Shown here: piece after piece, positions 9,037-18,770 of the stretch
Position numbering within the stretch: the stretch's first letter is position 1
Layout: each line of letters starts with the position of its first letter
Source of the DNA: Candidatus Peregrinibacteria bacterium Gr01-1014_25
Lineage (GTDB): Bacteria > Patescibacteriota > Gracilibacteria > Peribacterales > Peribacteraceae
Assembly (NCBI GenBank): GCA_007376205.1
Contig: VMFU01000001.1
Span: forward strand, 94,661 to 158,660
Direction: 5' to 3'
Length of the DNA stretch: 64,000 nucleotides
Program-made: the position numbers and the translations under genes
The notes under the pieces: generated by a model
Seen by the model: only the letters and a program-made list of their open reading frames with translations
Told to the model about the DNA's origin: nothing
The model's database searches: none

Positions 9037-10686
9037 ATGGCAACTTCCACCCCCGCCCCAACGCGAGCTTCACGCATCGGCCGCTTCCTCCAATCCATCC
9101 TCAAAACCGTCCGGGAATGGAAAGAGTACGCGCGGTTCCGCCGTTCCTTCTTCTTTCTCGCCAAGCGCGGCCCGGCGCCAGGCGAGGAGGTCTTCCTTGT
9201 CAGCTTCACGGACTGGGCGCCTCGTCTGCAACTTGAGGGGTTGATCGCCGCACGCCTGCGGTTTGCGGGCCGGCGCGTCACGGTGATCACGCGGCGATCG
9301 CACAGATGGGCCGTGCGGTACTTCCGCGCCTGCGGCGTGCGCGATTTTGTGTTCTTCGACGAATGGATGCAAGAGGCCGCATCGGATGTGCGCAATGAGG
9401 ACGCGCTCGCGCTCCTGGAGCAGCATCATTCGTTCGCGGGGCTCTTCCAGTATTCGTGGAACGGCGTCGGCGTGGGGCGCCACGTACTCTCCACCGTCGC
9501 ACGCCAGCGCCTGCAGGGCAGCGTCACATTCGATGATCCTGAAACGGACAAGATGCTCCGCTCGTTTTTCCCGCAATCACTCCGCGCCGCCTCGGCGGCG
9601 AGGAAGCTCTTCGCCGAGCGATCTCCGAAGGCCGTGCTCTTCCTCGAAAAAGGCTACACGCCGTACGGCGAAATTTTCGACGTCGCCCTCGAACATCGGC
9701 TGAACGTCGTTCAGTACCACCATGCGCATCAGTCGGACATGATCGTCATGAAACGCTACACGACCGAAAACCGCTTCCAGCATTCCCATTCGCTGTCGAC
9801 GAAGAGCTGGGAAACGGTGAAGGCGATGCCGTGGAGCACCGCGCAGGACGAGGTGTTCATGGCTCACCTCAAACGCGCGTACACCGAGGGGACCTGGTTC
9901 AATCGCAAGAAGCTTCTCGCGGGAAAGCGCGTGAAAACGTCGGAGGAAGTGCGTGAGCAGTTGCGGCTGGATCCGGCGAAGAAGACGGCCGTGGTTTTCT
10001 CGCACATCCTCTGGGATGCCACGTTCTTCTTCGGGACGAACCTCTTCGAAGACTATGAGAAATGGTTGATCGCCACGGTGCGGGCCGCCTGCGCCAATTC
10101 ACGCGTGAACTGGGTCGTGAAACTCCACCCGGACTACACGTGGAAAATGCGCGCGGCGGGACAGGGTATCACGCCGCGGGACGTGGTCGCGCTCGCGTCG
10201 GGCATCGGCGAATTGCCGCCGCATGTCATCATCGTTCCTCCCGAAACCGACATCAGCACGTATTCGTTCTTCGGCGTGATGGACTACGCCATCACCGTGC
10301 GGGGCACGATCGGCATCGAGGCGCCGTGCTTCGGCATCCCCGTGCTCACCGCGGGAACGGGCCGCTACAGCGGCCTGGGCTTCACCGAGGATTCGCGGAC
10401 GCCCGAGGAGTACCTGGCCAAACTCGACCGCATCGAAACGATCCCCCGCCTCACCGACGACCAGGCGCGTCTGGCCCGCAAGCATGCGCATGCGCTCTTC
10501 AATCTGCGGCCTCTGCGCTGTTCCTCGTTCTCGCTCGAAGCGTCCGCGCTGCCCGACGGTCGCCTGGAGAACACCCTGCGCATCACCACGCGCTCCCGCA
10601 AGGCGTTCGAGGAGGCCACCGATCTGCAGGCATTCGCCGATTGGGTGCTGACGTCGCGTGATGACGATTTTCTTGCCCCCATCTGA
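9037..10686 (+). CDS. Hypothetical protein; possible capsule-biosynthesis KpsS/KpsC-like (PF05159-like) ulosonic-acid transferase
   Basis: 549 aa. Blocks LFLEKGYTPYGEIF, VVKLHPDY and YAITVRGTIGIEAPCFGIPVLTAGTGRYSGLGFT resemble my recollection of E. coli KpsS (FEEGYLRP, VIKHHPMD, AVVTINSTAGISAL..). No search was run. Confidence 0.4.
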   Translation: MATSTPAPTRASRIGRFLQSILKTVREWKEYARFRRSFFFLAKRGPAPGEEVFLVSFTDWAPRLQLEGLIAARLRFAGRRVTVITRRSHRWAVRYFRACGVRDFVFFDEWMQEAASDVRNEDALALLEQHHSFAGLFQYSWNGVGVGRHVLSTVARQRLQGSVTFDDPETDKMLRSFFPQSLRAASAARKLFAERSPKAVLFLEKGYTPYGEIFDVALEHRLNVVQYHHAHQSDMIVMKRYTTENRFQHSHSLSTKSWETVKAMPWSTAQDEVFMAHLKRAYTEGTWFNRKKLLAGKRVKTSEEVREQLRLDPAKKTAVVFSHILWDATFFFGTNLFEDYEKWLIATVRAACANSRVNWVVKLHPDYTWKMRAAGQGITPRDVVALASGIGELPPHVIIVPPETDISTYSFFGVMDYAITVRGTIGIEAPCFGIPVLTAGTGRYSGLGFTEDSRTPEEYLAKLDRIETIPRLTDDQARLARKHAHALFNLRPLRCSSFSLEASALPDGRLENTLRITTRSRKAFEEATDLQAFADWVLTSRDDDFLAPI

Positions 10687-10692
10687 ACCCAC

Positions 10693-11814
10693 ATGCGCGT
10701 CGCCCTCTTCTCTTCGACGCTGGATGTCCGCAACGGCTACGGCAATATCACCTTCGAGCTCACGCGCGAGCTCTGCGCGCAAGGCATCGACGCCGAACTG
10801 TTTCTCCCGACATCCGAGCAGCGCTTCGCGAAGGCCAATCCCGCGCCCTGCCCCACGCACTGCGTGCTGCCGGAATACATTTACCGCATTCATCAGCCGC
10901 GCGCTGTGAGCTATCTGCGCCCGCTCGACCTCCGCGGATTCGACATCGTGCACTCCGTATTTGATTTTCCGTACTGCGTCTACGCGGCGTGGCAGGCGCG
11001 GAGAGCAAAGCGTCCGTTCCTGATGGGGGTGCAGGGCACGTACGGCGTCGTCCCGCTCGTCTACTGGCCGGAGAAGCACCTCATGCGGTGGTGCTACCGT
11101 CAGGCGCGACGCGTGATCGTCCCGAGCCAATTTACGAAGGACATGATCCAGCAATACGCGGGCGAGCAGTATCCGATCGACATCATCCACAACGGCGTGC
11201 GCACGGATCGCTTTCTGCGACCCGCCGATACGGCGGAGATCCGCCGCCGATTCGCAGGCAAGACGCTCCTCCTCACCGTCGGCGGTCTGAAGGAACGCAA
11301 GGGGCAGGATCTCGTCATCCGCGCGCTGCCGGCTATCGTCGCAAAGCGCTCCGATGTGATGTACGTCATGGTCGGTGAGGGATTCTGGCAAAATCATCTT
11401 GAGGCGCTCGCGCGCGATCTCGGCGTCGCGGGGCACGTGGTCTTCGCCGGGCCGCAAGCCGACGACGCCCTCGTCGCCTGGTTTCAGGCGTGCGATATCT
11501 ACGTCCACACGCCGCGCGTCGCCAATCTGCAATTCGAGGGATTCGGCATCGTGTACCTCGAAGCGGGTGCCTGCGCCAAGCCGAGCATCGCCACGGACGC
11601 CGGCGGCATCCGCGATGCCGTCGTCAACGGCGAGACGGGATTGATCGTCCCGGACGGCGACGTCCATGCCATCGCCGAAGCGACCGTACGGCTCTGCGAT
11701 GATCCGTCCCTGCGCGCGCGCCTGGGCGAGACGGGCCGCCGCTACGCGGCGCAGCACGACTGGTCCCATATTGCCAAGCGATTCATCGCGACCTACCGTG
11801 AAGTCCATTCATGA
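10693..11814 (+). CDS. Glycosyltransferase family 4 (GT-B)
   Basis: 373 aa with EGFGIVYLEAGACAKPSIATDAGGIRDAVVNGETGLIV (E-x7-E type motif). Confidence 0.85.
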   Translation: MRVALFSSTLDVRNGYGNITFELTRELCAQGIDAELFLPTSEQRFAKANPAPCPTHCVLPEYIYRIHQPRAVSYLRPLDLRGFDIVHSVFDFPYCVYAAWQARRAKRPFLMGVQGTYGVVPLVYWPEKHLMRWCYRQARRVIVPSQFTKDMIQQYAGEQYPIDIIHNGVRTDRFLRPADTAEIRRRFAGKTLLLTVGGLKERKGQDLVIRALPAIVAKRSDVMYVMVGEGFWQNHLEALARDLGVAGHVVFAGPQADDALVAWFQACDIYVHTPRVANLQFEGFGIVYLEAGACAKPSIATDAGGIRDAVVNGETGLIVPDGDVHAIAEATVRLCDDPSLRARLGETGRRYAAQHDWSHIAKRFIATYREVHS

Positions 11815-12851
11815 GCCCGCAGCGCATACTCATCACCGGCGGCGCCGGCTTCATCGGCAGCAATGCTGTTTTGCGCTTCGTGAAAGACGGATGGGACGTC
11901 ACTATGTTCGACAATTTTTCACGGAAGGGAACGGAGTGGAACCTCGCCTTCCTGCAGCGGGAATGCGGCGATCGCCTGTCCGTTGTCCGCGGAGACGTGC
12001 GATCGGCCGATGACATTCTCGCCGCATGCTCAACGCCGTTCGACGCCGTTCTCCATCTGGCCGCGCAAGTCGCCGTGACGACGTCCGTCCACGACCCGCG
12101 CACGGACTTCGACGTGAACGCGCTCGGCACGTTCAACACGCTGGAGGCTGTCCGCGTCAAGTCGCCGAAAGCCGTCTTCCTCTACGCATCGACGAACAAG
12201 GTATACGGAGGCCTCGATCACCTTGAGGTGAAAGAAACGCCAACGCGCTTTGCCTTCGCCGACGGACGCGGCGGAGTCGGCGAAGACGAACCGCTGGATT
12301 TCCACTCGCCGTACGGCTGCAGCAAGGGATCCGCCGACCAGTACGTTCGCGACTACGCGCGCATCTACGGACTGTCCACGATCGTCTTCCGGCAGTCATG
12401 CATCTACGGAACGCGGCAGATGGGCGTTGAGGATCAGGGATGGGTCGCGTGGTTTCTGCTCGCGGGGCTCTTCGGGAAGCCAGTGACGATCTACGGCACG
12501 GGGAAGCAGGTGCGCGACTTGCTGCACATCGACGATCTCGTCGATCTGTACGTTCGCGCGATCGAGCGGCGCGCCGAGGCGGCCGGGCACGTCTTCAACA
12601 TCGGCGGCGGGGCGGAGAACACCCTATCGTTGATCGAGTTTCTCGATTTCCTGCGATCGGAACTCGGGATGGACCTCGCGCATGCATCCGCTGCGGAGCG
12701 TCCGGGCGACCAGCCGATTTTCGTCAGCGACAACACGAAGGCCTTGCGGATGCTCGGATGGTCTCCACGCATGCCGGTGCGCGACGGCCTGCGGCGATTA
12801 CACGCGTGGATCACGGAAAACCGCGATGACCTCGCGCAATTCTACCGATGA
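11811..12851 (+). CDS. NAD-dependent NDP-sugar epimerase (CDP-paratose 2-epimerase / UDP-glucose 4-epimerase-like SDR)
   Basis: ILITGGAGFIGSN and YGCSKGSADQY (YxxxK) motifs, with ATGA overlaps at both ends. Confidence 0.85.
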   Translation: MSPQRILITGGAGFIGSNAVLRFVKDGWDVTMFDNFSRKGTEWNLAFLQRECGDRLSVVRGDVRSADDILAACSTPFDAVLHLAAQVAVTTSVHDPRTDFDVNALGTFNTLEAVRVKSPKAVFLYASTNKVYGGLDHLEVKETPTRFAFADGRGGVGEDEPLDFHSPYGCSKGSADQYVRDYARIYGLSTIVFRQSCIYGTRQMGVEDQGWVAWFLLAGLFGKPVTIYGTGKQVRDLLHIDDLVDLYVRAIERRAEAAGHVFNIGGGAENTLSLIEFLDFLRSELGMDLAHASAAERPGDQPIFVSDNTKALRMLGWSPRMPVRDGLRRLHAWITENRDDLAQFYR

Positions 12852-14110
12852 ACGAAGCGCCGATTCGCACCGGCGACGCCGACCGTATTGTCCGGGGCGC
12901 GGTGATCGCCCTCTTCATTATCGCATGGTCGCTCCTCCTTCCGGGCCGTCTTGCCGAGCCGGCAACCCAGACATTCGCCGACGACGCGGGTGACTATCAT
13001 AACGTCGCGGCCCATCTCGTGCGCGAGGGCATGTACTCGTCGGGCGGCATCGTCCCGACGAACGAGCGCGAGCCGGGGTACAGCATCGTCCTGGCGCTCA
13101 TCTACACCGTAGCGGGGATCGGAAACCGCTGGGCGATCTTCTTCGCGCAAGCTGCGCTGCAGCTCATCGGCGCGGTAGTGTTCATGCGTGAGTGGGCGCG
13201 ATGGTCGTCGCCCCGTTCCGCCACCATCGCCTTCGTGTTCCTTCTCTTATCTCCCGCGGTCCTGCACCTCGTCTTCTTCGCGTACCGCGAAGCGATCGCC
13301 GGATCGTTCATGCTCCTGTGGTTCGCATCGCTCCTGCGATGGCTTCGCACCGCCCACTGGCCCGCGGCGGTCGCGGCCGGGCTCGCCGGAGGCGCCGTCG
13401 CCATGACGTACATGCCGCTCCTGCCTCTGCTGCTGCTCGTACCATGCATCTGTCTCCTGCTGCGCGATGCGCGCCTGCAGTGCGCCGTGCTTCTCTGCAT
13501 CACGATCGTTCCACTGCTCCTGTGGGTCGGCCGAAACATGCAGCACCCGGCGACGGCGGAGTGCCTCCTTGGCGGCTGCACGCGCGGCGCGGCCGCGTGG
13601 TACGTCCGGTCGCGACAAGTCACGGATTTGGCGCTATGGGATCCTCCCCGTTGTCTCTGGGCGGAATACATCTCGCACGACATCCGCCGCCTCCCCGCGG
13701 CATGTGACTTCGGCGTTCTTGCCGAACATCCCCTGCCCGTGGATCCCGCGCTGCGGCGCATCGCGGAACGGGCGATGCAACACGAAGCACTGGGGAAAAT
13801 CATGGAACATCCCGCGATGCACCTGTGGACCTCGCTGTGGTGGCTGGCGGAATTCCATCTGCCGTACGTCAACGGATGGGGATTTGCATACAACATCCTG
13901 GAAACGATCGCCACCGCCACCTTGCTCCTCGGCGCGCTCTTGGCTTTTGTTCGCAGGCGTTCACCGCTGCTCCTGATGACAGCTGTCATCATCATTGGCA
14001 GCGCCACCTTCGCCATGATCGATGTCGAACCCCGGTACCGCATGCCGCTGCTCGGCGCATACGCGGCCCTCGCCAGCCTGGGTTTCACGAAACACCGCAC
14101 GAACCGATAG
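12848..14110 (+). CDS. Polytopic membrane protein, GT-C-type (ArnT/PMT-like) glycosyltransferase candidate
   Basis: 420 aa with about 10 hydrophobic segments. An early extracytoplasmic loop (NEREPGYSIVLALIY) resembles the GT39/GT83 N-terminal region. Confidence 0.55.
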   Translation: MNEAPIRTGDADRIVRGAVIALFIIAWSLLLPGRLAEPATQTFADDAGDYHNVAAHLVREGMYSSGGIVPTNEREPGYSIVLALIYTVAGIGNRWAIFFAQAALQLIGAVVFMREWARWSSPRSATIAFVFLLLSPAVLHLVFFAYREAIAGSFMLLWFASLLRWLRTAHWPAAVAAGLAGGAVAMTYMPLLPLLLLVPCICLLLRDARLQCAVLLCITIVPLLLWVGRNMQHPATAECLLGGCTRGAAAWYVRSRQVTDLALWDPPRCLWAEYISHDIRRLPAACDFGVLAEHPLPVDPALRRIAERAMQHEALGKIMEHPAMHLWTSLWWLAEFHLPYVNGWGFAYNILETIATATLLLGALLAFVRRRSPLLLMTAVIIIGSATFAMIDVEPRYRMPLLGAYAALASLGFTKHRTNR

Positions 14111-14119
14111 GATGGGCAC

Positions 14120-15880
14120 ATGTCCCGCAGCATGACGAAAGACGAACGACGTTGGAGGTACGCCCTGGCGACCCTTGCAACCGCCTACGGGCTGCTCTGC
14201 ATTTTGCCGAATATTCTCCAGCGGCTTGACCTTGTATTCCCGTTCGCCGGCATTGAGATGCTCGGTGGCGATCAGGAGGTGTACTACGCGGCGCGCGTCC
14301 GGGAAGTGCTTGATGGCAACATGATGGTGGGGAACGTGTACAACAGCGACAAATCGTTGCCCTACGCGCAACCTCCTCTGCCGGAATGGCTGATGGGCGG
14401 CGTGGGGCTGGTGCTGGGACTCGACGTCGGTGCGACGCTCCTCGTTGGCAAATGGCTGTTTGGAACATTGCTGTTCCTGACGATGGGGGGCTTTCTCGCA
14501 AGCCTGTCCCGTCGGCCGTGGTGGTCCCTCGCGGCCACGGCATCGGTGCTGTGCGCGTGGTTCCTCTTCGCCTCGCCGTCGGCGTTGTGGGATGCGCTGC
14601 GGGGCGCCCCTTTGAGCTCGGAATTCCTCCGTTTCGCGCGGCTCACGAATCCGCAGGTCAGCCTGACGCTGTTTTTCGCATCGCTCTGGGGAATGGTGGT
14701 CTGGATGACGAACCGCCGGCTCATGGCACTTCTCCTGACAGGCGTCCTGACGGGCGCGTCGTTCTACGCCTATCCCTACACGTGGTCCTACCTGCTCACG
14801 ACCGGTGGAGTCCTGACGCTCCTGGCGTGCATTCGGCGGGACTGGCGGCTGGCCCGCGGCCTCGTCGCGATCGGCGTCATTGCCGCGATCGTCGCGACGC
14901 CGTACGGCATCCACCAGAGCATCGTCGTAAACCATCCCGCCTATGCGGGTCTCCTGGAGCGCTTCGGCCTGGTGCACACCCGCGCTCCCATCTGGGGCGT
15001 CTGGCTCACGGCTCTGCTCGCCATCGGCTGCTTCGCTCCCAAACGCATCGGTCGGCAATGGATACTCGTCACGGCGCTCGCGTGGGCGGGCGCCATCGTC
15101 ATGAACCAGCAGCTCCTCACCGGCGTGACTATCGTGCCTCACCACTACCACTGGTACTTCATTCACCCGCTCGCCGTCGCCTTCGTGATCCTGTGGGCGG
15201 GGCCACTGGCGCAGGAGCGCATCCGTCACCACCTCCCGCACCGCACGCGCGGGCTGCTGACGGCGATCATTCTCCTGATGTGCTTTGCGTGGGGCGTGAA
15301 GCTCCAGGTGGACTCGTACCGCGCGCAGCGCGAGCAATGGGGTGAGGCCCAGCGCGCAGCGGGCGTCCTGGCGTTCCTCGATTCCCCGGCTTTGCGTGAG
15401 CAAACCGTGTACGTGCAAGATGAGTTGCAGGAATTAACCTCCGTTTTCTCGCGTGCGAACACGCTCTACGCCAACAACATCACCATCGGATGTCTCTGTT
15501 CGCAGGAATGGTTGCGCGACATTCTCTTTTTCGAATTGTGGCTGCAGGGCCTGACGCCGGCCGATGCGGAGAAGCGCTTCGCGACCGATTTGCGGGGGCT
15601 GCTTAGCGCCCGTGTCCACGCGATTTACTACCGCGAATCGGCGGGAGGCTACGACCGTCTCCCGGACACGGAAGTGCAAGAGCGTATCCGGGAATACCGT
15701 GACTACGTGGCTTTGCCGCTCGCGGCCAAGCGTGCCTTACATCCAATGGACGCTATTCTCCTCCCTGTCGGTTCACAGCGAACACCGGCTCTGCGCGCCA
15801 TGATGCAAGGCGGCGTACTGGTATATGAGGATGATGTATATCGTCTATGGCGCCTGCCGCCCGTTCACGGGCGGAGCTGA
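14120..15880 (+). CDS. Large polytopic membrane protein with a C-terminal soluble domain (function unknown; possibly GT-C or polymerase-like)
   Basis: 586 aa with many TM-like segments over about 400 aa, followed by a hydrophilic tail of about 180 aa. No motif was recognised. Confidence 0.5.
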   Translation: MSRSMTKDERRWRYALATLATAYGLLCILPNILQRLDLVFPFAGIEMLGGDQEVYYAARVREVLDGNMMVGNVYNSDKSLPYAQPPLPEWLMGGVGLVLGLDVGATLLVGKWLFGTLLFLTMGGFLASLSRRPWWSLAATASVLCAWFLFASPSALWDALRGAPLSSEFLRFARLTNPQVSLTLFFASLWGMVVWMTNRRLMALLLTGVLTGASFYAYPYTWSYLLTTGGVLTLLACIRRDWRLARGLVAIGVIAAIVATPYGIHQSIVVNHPAYAGLLERFGLVHTRAPIWGVWLTALLAIGCFAPKRIGRQWILVTALAWAGAIVMNQQLLTGVTIVPHHYHWYFIHPLAVAFVILWAGPLAQERIRHHLPHRTRGLLTAIILLMCFAWGVKLQVDSYRAQREQWGEAQRAAGVLAFLDSPALREQTVYVQDELQELTSVFSRANTLYANNITIGCLCSQEWLRDILFFELWLQGLTPADAEKRFATDLRGLLSARVHAIYYRESAGGYDRLPDTEVQERIREYRDYVALPLAAKRALHPMDAILLPVGSQRTPALRAMMQGGVLVYEDDVYRLWRLPPVHGRS

Positions 15881-16833
15881 CCCGAGGCCAGCAGTCGGAG
15901 CTGATGCCCGTAGACGCGGTGCATGCCCACGAGCAGGCTCGTCCGCTGTGGACGGGGAATGTCGGCCCACACAGCGGAGCGGAAGCGCACCGATCGTACG
16001 TGCCCTGGCGCGCGGGGTAGGTGCACCACCGGAACGGGCCGTTTGGAGATGCGCTCGAATGTCGAAAGCACTTCGCCGATTGTCGTCACCGACTCGGAGG
16101 CGAAAATTTTTGTTGTGCATCCCCTGCAATTCTCCGTCGTCAGACGTCGCAGGCACGCGATGATGTGCATCGCGCAGTCATCCACGTCGAGGTAGTCCCG
16201 GATCGTATCCAGCGGGACGTAGAGACGCAGAGGACGCCGGAGGAGTGTGCTGCGGGCAATGTGGGAAATAATGCCCTGCGGCTTGCGGAGGTTCTGCCGC
16301 GGACCGTAGAGGTTGGCAATGCGGCCAAGGAGCACCCTCTGCTCTGGATGATGTGCGCTCCAAGCGCGCAGCGATGCTTCCTGTCGCAGCTTGGCGCGGC
16401 CATAGGCCGAAATCGGATGCGGAGGCGTTTCTTCCATTAAGAGCGCGTCGGTCTCGCCGTAAATGGTCCCGGCAGAACTGGCGAAGAAGACGGCGCCGCG
16501 GCTGACGGGCGACATGAGCGACGTCTGCAACGAGAGCGCCTCCAGAAAAGCATTGAACGTCGCAGTCTCACGCTGCAAATCTTCCTCGCTGCTACCGACC
16601 GTCCCCGACCCCGCTGCCCATACAACAGTCCATGCTCCCGCGCGTTGCGCTTCGCCTGCAAATAATTTCACCGTTTCGATGAACTGCTCCCGGACGAGGC
16701 TGGTGTCGTGCCACGCGAACGGGCCGAGAGGGCATTGCCAGAGCGTATGTCCAGGAAGGTTATGAGCGTGCGCAGCGATGCGCGAACCCAGCATCCCGCG
16801 ACTGCCGAGGATCCAGAGGGGGGCGGATGTCAT
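15865..16833 (-). CDS. NAD-dependent epimerase/dehydratase family protein
   Basis: Start set at MTSAPLWILGSRGMLGS (Rossmann motif), overlapping the upstream stop (TCAT). YGRAKLRQE (YxxxK) is present. Confidence 0.75.
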   Translation of the reverse strand: MTSAPLWILGSRGMLGSRIAAHAHNLPGHTLWQCPLGPFAWHDTSLVREQFIETVKLFAGEAQRAGAWTVVWAAGSGTVGSSEEDLQRETATFNAFLEALSLQTSLMSPVSRGAVFFASSAGTIYGETDALLMEETPPHPISAYGRAKLRQEASLRAWSAHHPEQRVLLGRIANLYGPRQNLRKPQGIISHIARSTLLRRPLRLYVPLDTIRDYLDVDDCAMHIIACLRRLTTENCRGCTTKIFASESVTTIGEVLSTFERISKRPVPVVHLPRAPGHVRSVRFRSAVWADIPRPQRTSLLVGMHRVYGHQLRLLASGQLRP

Positions 16834-17807
16834 CGGCGCGAGCGCGGCCGTGAGGAAACGAGGTAGAGCGGCTTGCCCATGACAATGCCGAGGGCGACGG
16901 CGAGATACTCCGCAATCACCCCGAGCGCGAAAAGGATGCAGCCCGAGAAGAACGAAATGACGATGACGAGCGACGTCCATCCCTGCGCCGACACCGGCTG
17001 CGTCTGACTGAAGAATTTCACCCAGATCGCGTACGCGGTCAGCCCGACGGCGACGAGGATCGACAGGAGTCCGAGTGAGGCGATGAAACGCAGGGGGCGC
17101 GTCCCCGTGGTGATGAGCAGGCGCAGGAAGTGGTTGGAGAGTGACCGGAGCGAGTATCCGGACGGACGCGTCTCCTGTTCACGCAATCGTACCGGCACGT
17201 GCACCGCACCGTGCACGACCCACGAGAGCGCGGCATCGAGGAATACGCTGTGACTGCAGTACGCCGCCAAACTCCGCGCAATTTCTCCATCGATGACACG
17301 GAAGCTGTTGAAGACGCCGATGTGCCTGTTGCCAAGAGGATGGATAAAGAGCCAGTGCACAATCCCGCTTAAGGCATTGCGGAATAGGCCATGCCCCGAC
17401 GCGTTCACAGGCGCGGCGTACGCGAGGGGAAGATCCGCCTTGATGGCTCCCGCGAGCAGGGCACCGATGTCTCGCGGGTCCTGCTGGCCGTCTTCATCGA
17501 TCGTCGCCACCCATGGCGCCGTCGTCGCGGCCATGCCGGCGAGCGTCGCGGCGTGCTGGCCGAAATTGCGTGTGAGCCAGATGACGCGGGTGCAAGGATG
17601 CGCGAGAGCAAGATGCTGCATGACGCGCGCCGAATCATCCATCGCGCCATCGTGGACGAGAACGATTTCATCGATCCGGTACGTCATCCCGTCAACGGGC
17701 GTCGGCTCCGTGAGCGCAAGGAGTTCGCCCACGACCCGCTCGAGCGTCCGCTCGCCGCGGTACACAGGAATGACGACGGAGACGTGCAGAACAGAGTCGG
17801 CAGTCAT
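16830..17807 (-). CDS. GT2 (GT-A) polyprenyl-phosphate sugar synthase-like glycosyltransferase (GtrB/ArnC/DPM1-like)
   Basis: Start at MTADSVLHVSVVIPVYRGE. VLVHDGAMDDS and ATIDEDGQQDP (DxD region) are present, with two C-terminal TM helices. Confidence 0.8.
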   Translation of the reverse strand: MTADSVLHVSVVIPVYRGERTLERVVGELLALTEPTPVDGMTYRIDEIVLVHDGAMDDSARVMQHLALAHPCTRVIWLTRNFGQHAATLAGMAATTAPWVATIDEDGQQDPRDIGALLAGAIKADLPLAYAAPVNASGHGLFRNALSGIVHWLFIHPLGNRHIGVFNSFRVIDGEIARSLAAYCSHSVFLDAALSWVVHGAVHVPVRLREQETRPSGYSLRSLSNHFLRLLITTGTRPLRFIASLGLLSILVAVGLTAYAIWVKFFSQTQPVSAQGWTSLVIVISFFSGCILFALGVIAEYLAVALGIVMGKPLYLVSSRPRSRR

Positions 17808-17859
17808 GCGCCGATGGTAGAGGAAGATGGCGAAGACGTCGACGTTCGGCCAAAAACGC

Positions 17860-18750
17860 TCATTCTTCGGTGCTCTCGATCCCTTCCGCTTCTTCGGCAC
17901 CTCCGCGTTTCGCCATGATCACGTAGAATCCCTCCGTTCCGTGCAATGCGGTTGGGAAGCGGCCGAAGATGTGGTCGAAGAACTTCAGCGGCGCGATCGG
18001 AACGAGCAGGATCATGCTCCACACGTTGTACAGGCGCTCGGAGCCGAAGGAGAGGACGATGGCGAGCCACGTCACGAGCTGGGAGACCAGGGCGGATGTC
18101 GGCCCCGATCGCGAGGCGACGTCGACGATGTCCCCCTCGCGGCAGAGTTCCCGCACGCCCATGATCGACCAGCGGTAGTAATCGTGCGGACACGCGTGGA
18201 AGGCGTAGACGAAGGGAACAGTGATGTACACGCGGCCGCCCGGCTTGAGCACGCGCAGGATTTCGCGGACAACGAGCTCCGGCCGCGTTACGTGCTCCAG
18301 GAGGCACTCGCACAGCGCGCCGTCGAAGGTGTTGTCGGGAAATGGCAGCGCCGTCGCATCGGCGACGACGTCGACGCCGCTGTAGGGATACATGTCCAGG
18401 TTCACCATCGTCGTCGTGTAGCGGTGAACGCCGGAGCCGACGTTCAGCACGAGCGCGTCGACGGGCAGGCTGCGCAAGAATCGGGGCGCGGTCATGCCAA
18501 CGTAGCAGACGGGGCTGATGAGGTAGATGAGCCAGCGGTAGAGGAGCGGCGACCGGCGCAGCAACGTCTTCACGGCATTGACGAAGTCGCCGCGCTCCTC
18601 CTCGGCCCGGTGCCGCAGCGCAAGGGGGAGAAAGCACGGCACACCCATCTGCAGAGGGAATGTTTCACCCGTCGCCGGGCAGCGGTATCCATCGCCGCTC
18701 CGTTCGAGCGGCTGGTGCGTCCGGGGATGGACAAAAGAGAGATCCGTCAC
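17860..18750 (-). CDS. Class I SAM-dependent methyltransferase with an N-terminal Trm112-like segment
   Basis: GTG start. Motifs are LNVGSGV (motif I), FPDNTFDGALCECLLEHV and LKPGGRVYITVPF. The N-terminal region is HPRTHQPLERSGDGYRCPATGETFPLQMGVPCFL. Confidence 0.8.
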   Translation of the reverse strand: MTDLSFVHPRTHQPLERSGDGYRCPATGETFPLQMGVPCFLPLALRHRAEEERGDFVNAVKTLLRRSPLLYRWLIYLISPVCYVGMTAPRFLRSLPVDALVLNVGSGVHRYTTTMVNLDMYPYSGVDVVADATALPFPDNTFDGALCECLLEHVTRPELVVREILRVLKPGGRVYITVPFVYAFHACPHDYYRWSIMGVRELCREGDIVDVASRSGPTSALVSQLVTWLAIVLSFGSERLYNVWSMILLVPIAPLKFFDHIFGRFPTALHGTEGFYVIMAKRGGAEEAEGIESTEE

Positions 18751-18770
18751 CGTCCGAGTATACTCGTGAC

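Noticed and set aside
9037-10686. Calling this protein a sialyltransferase outright.
   Set aside because: The only evidence is short remembered block similarities to KpsS and the genomic context. It is kept as a low-confidence hypothesis rather than an annotation.
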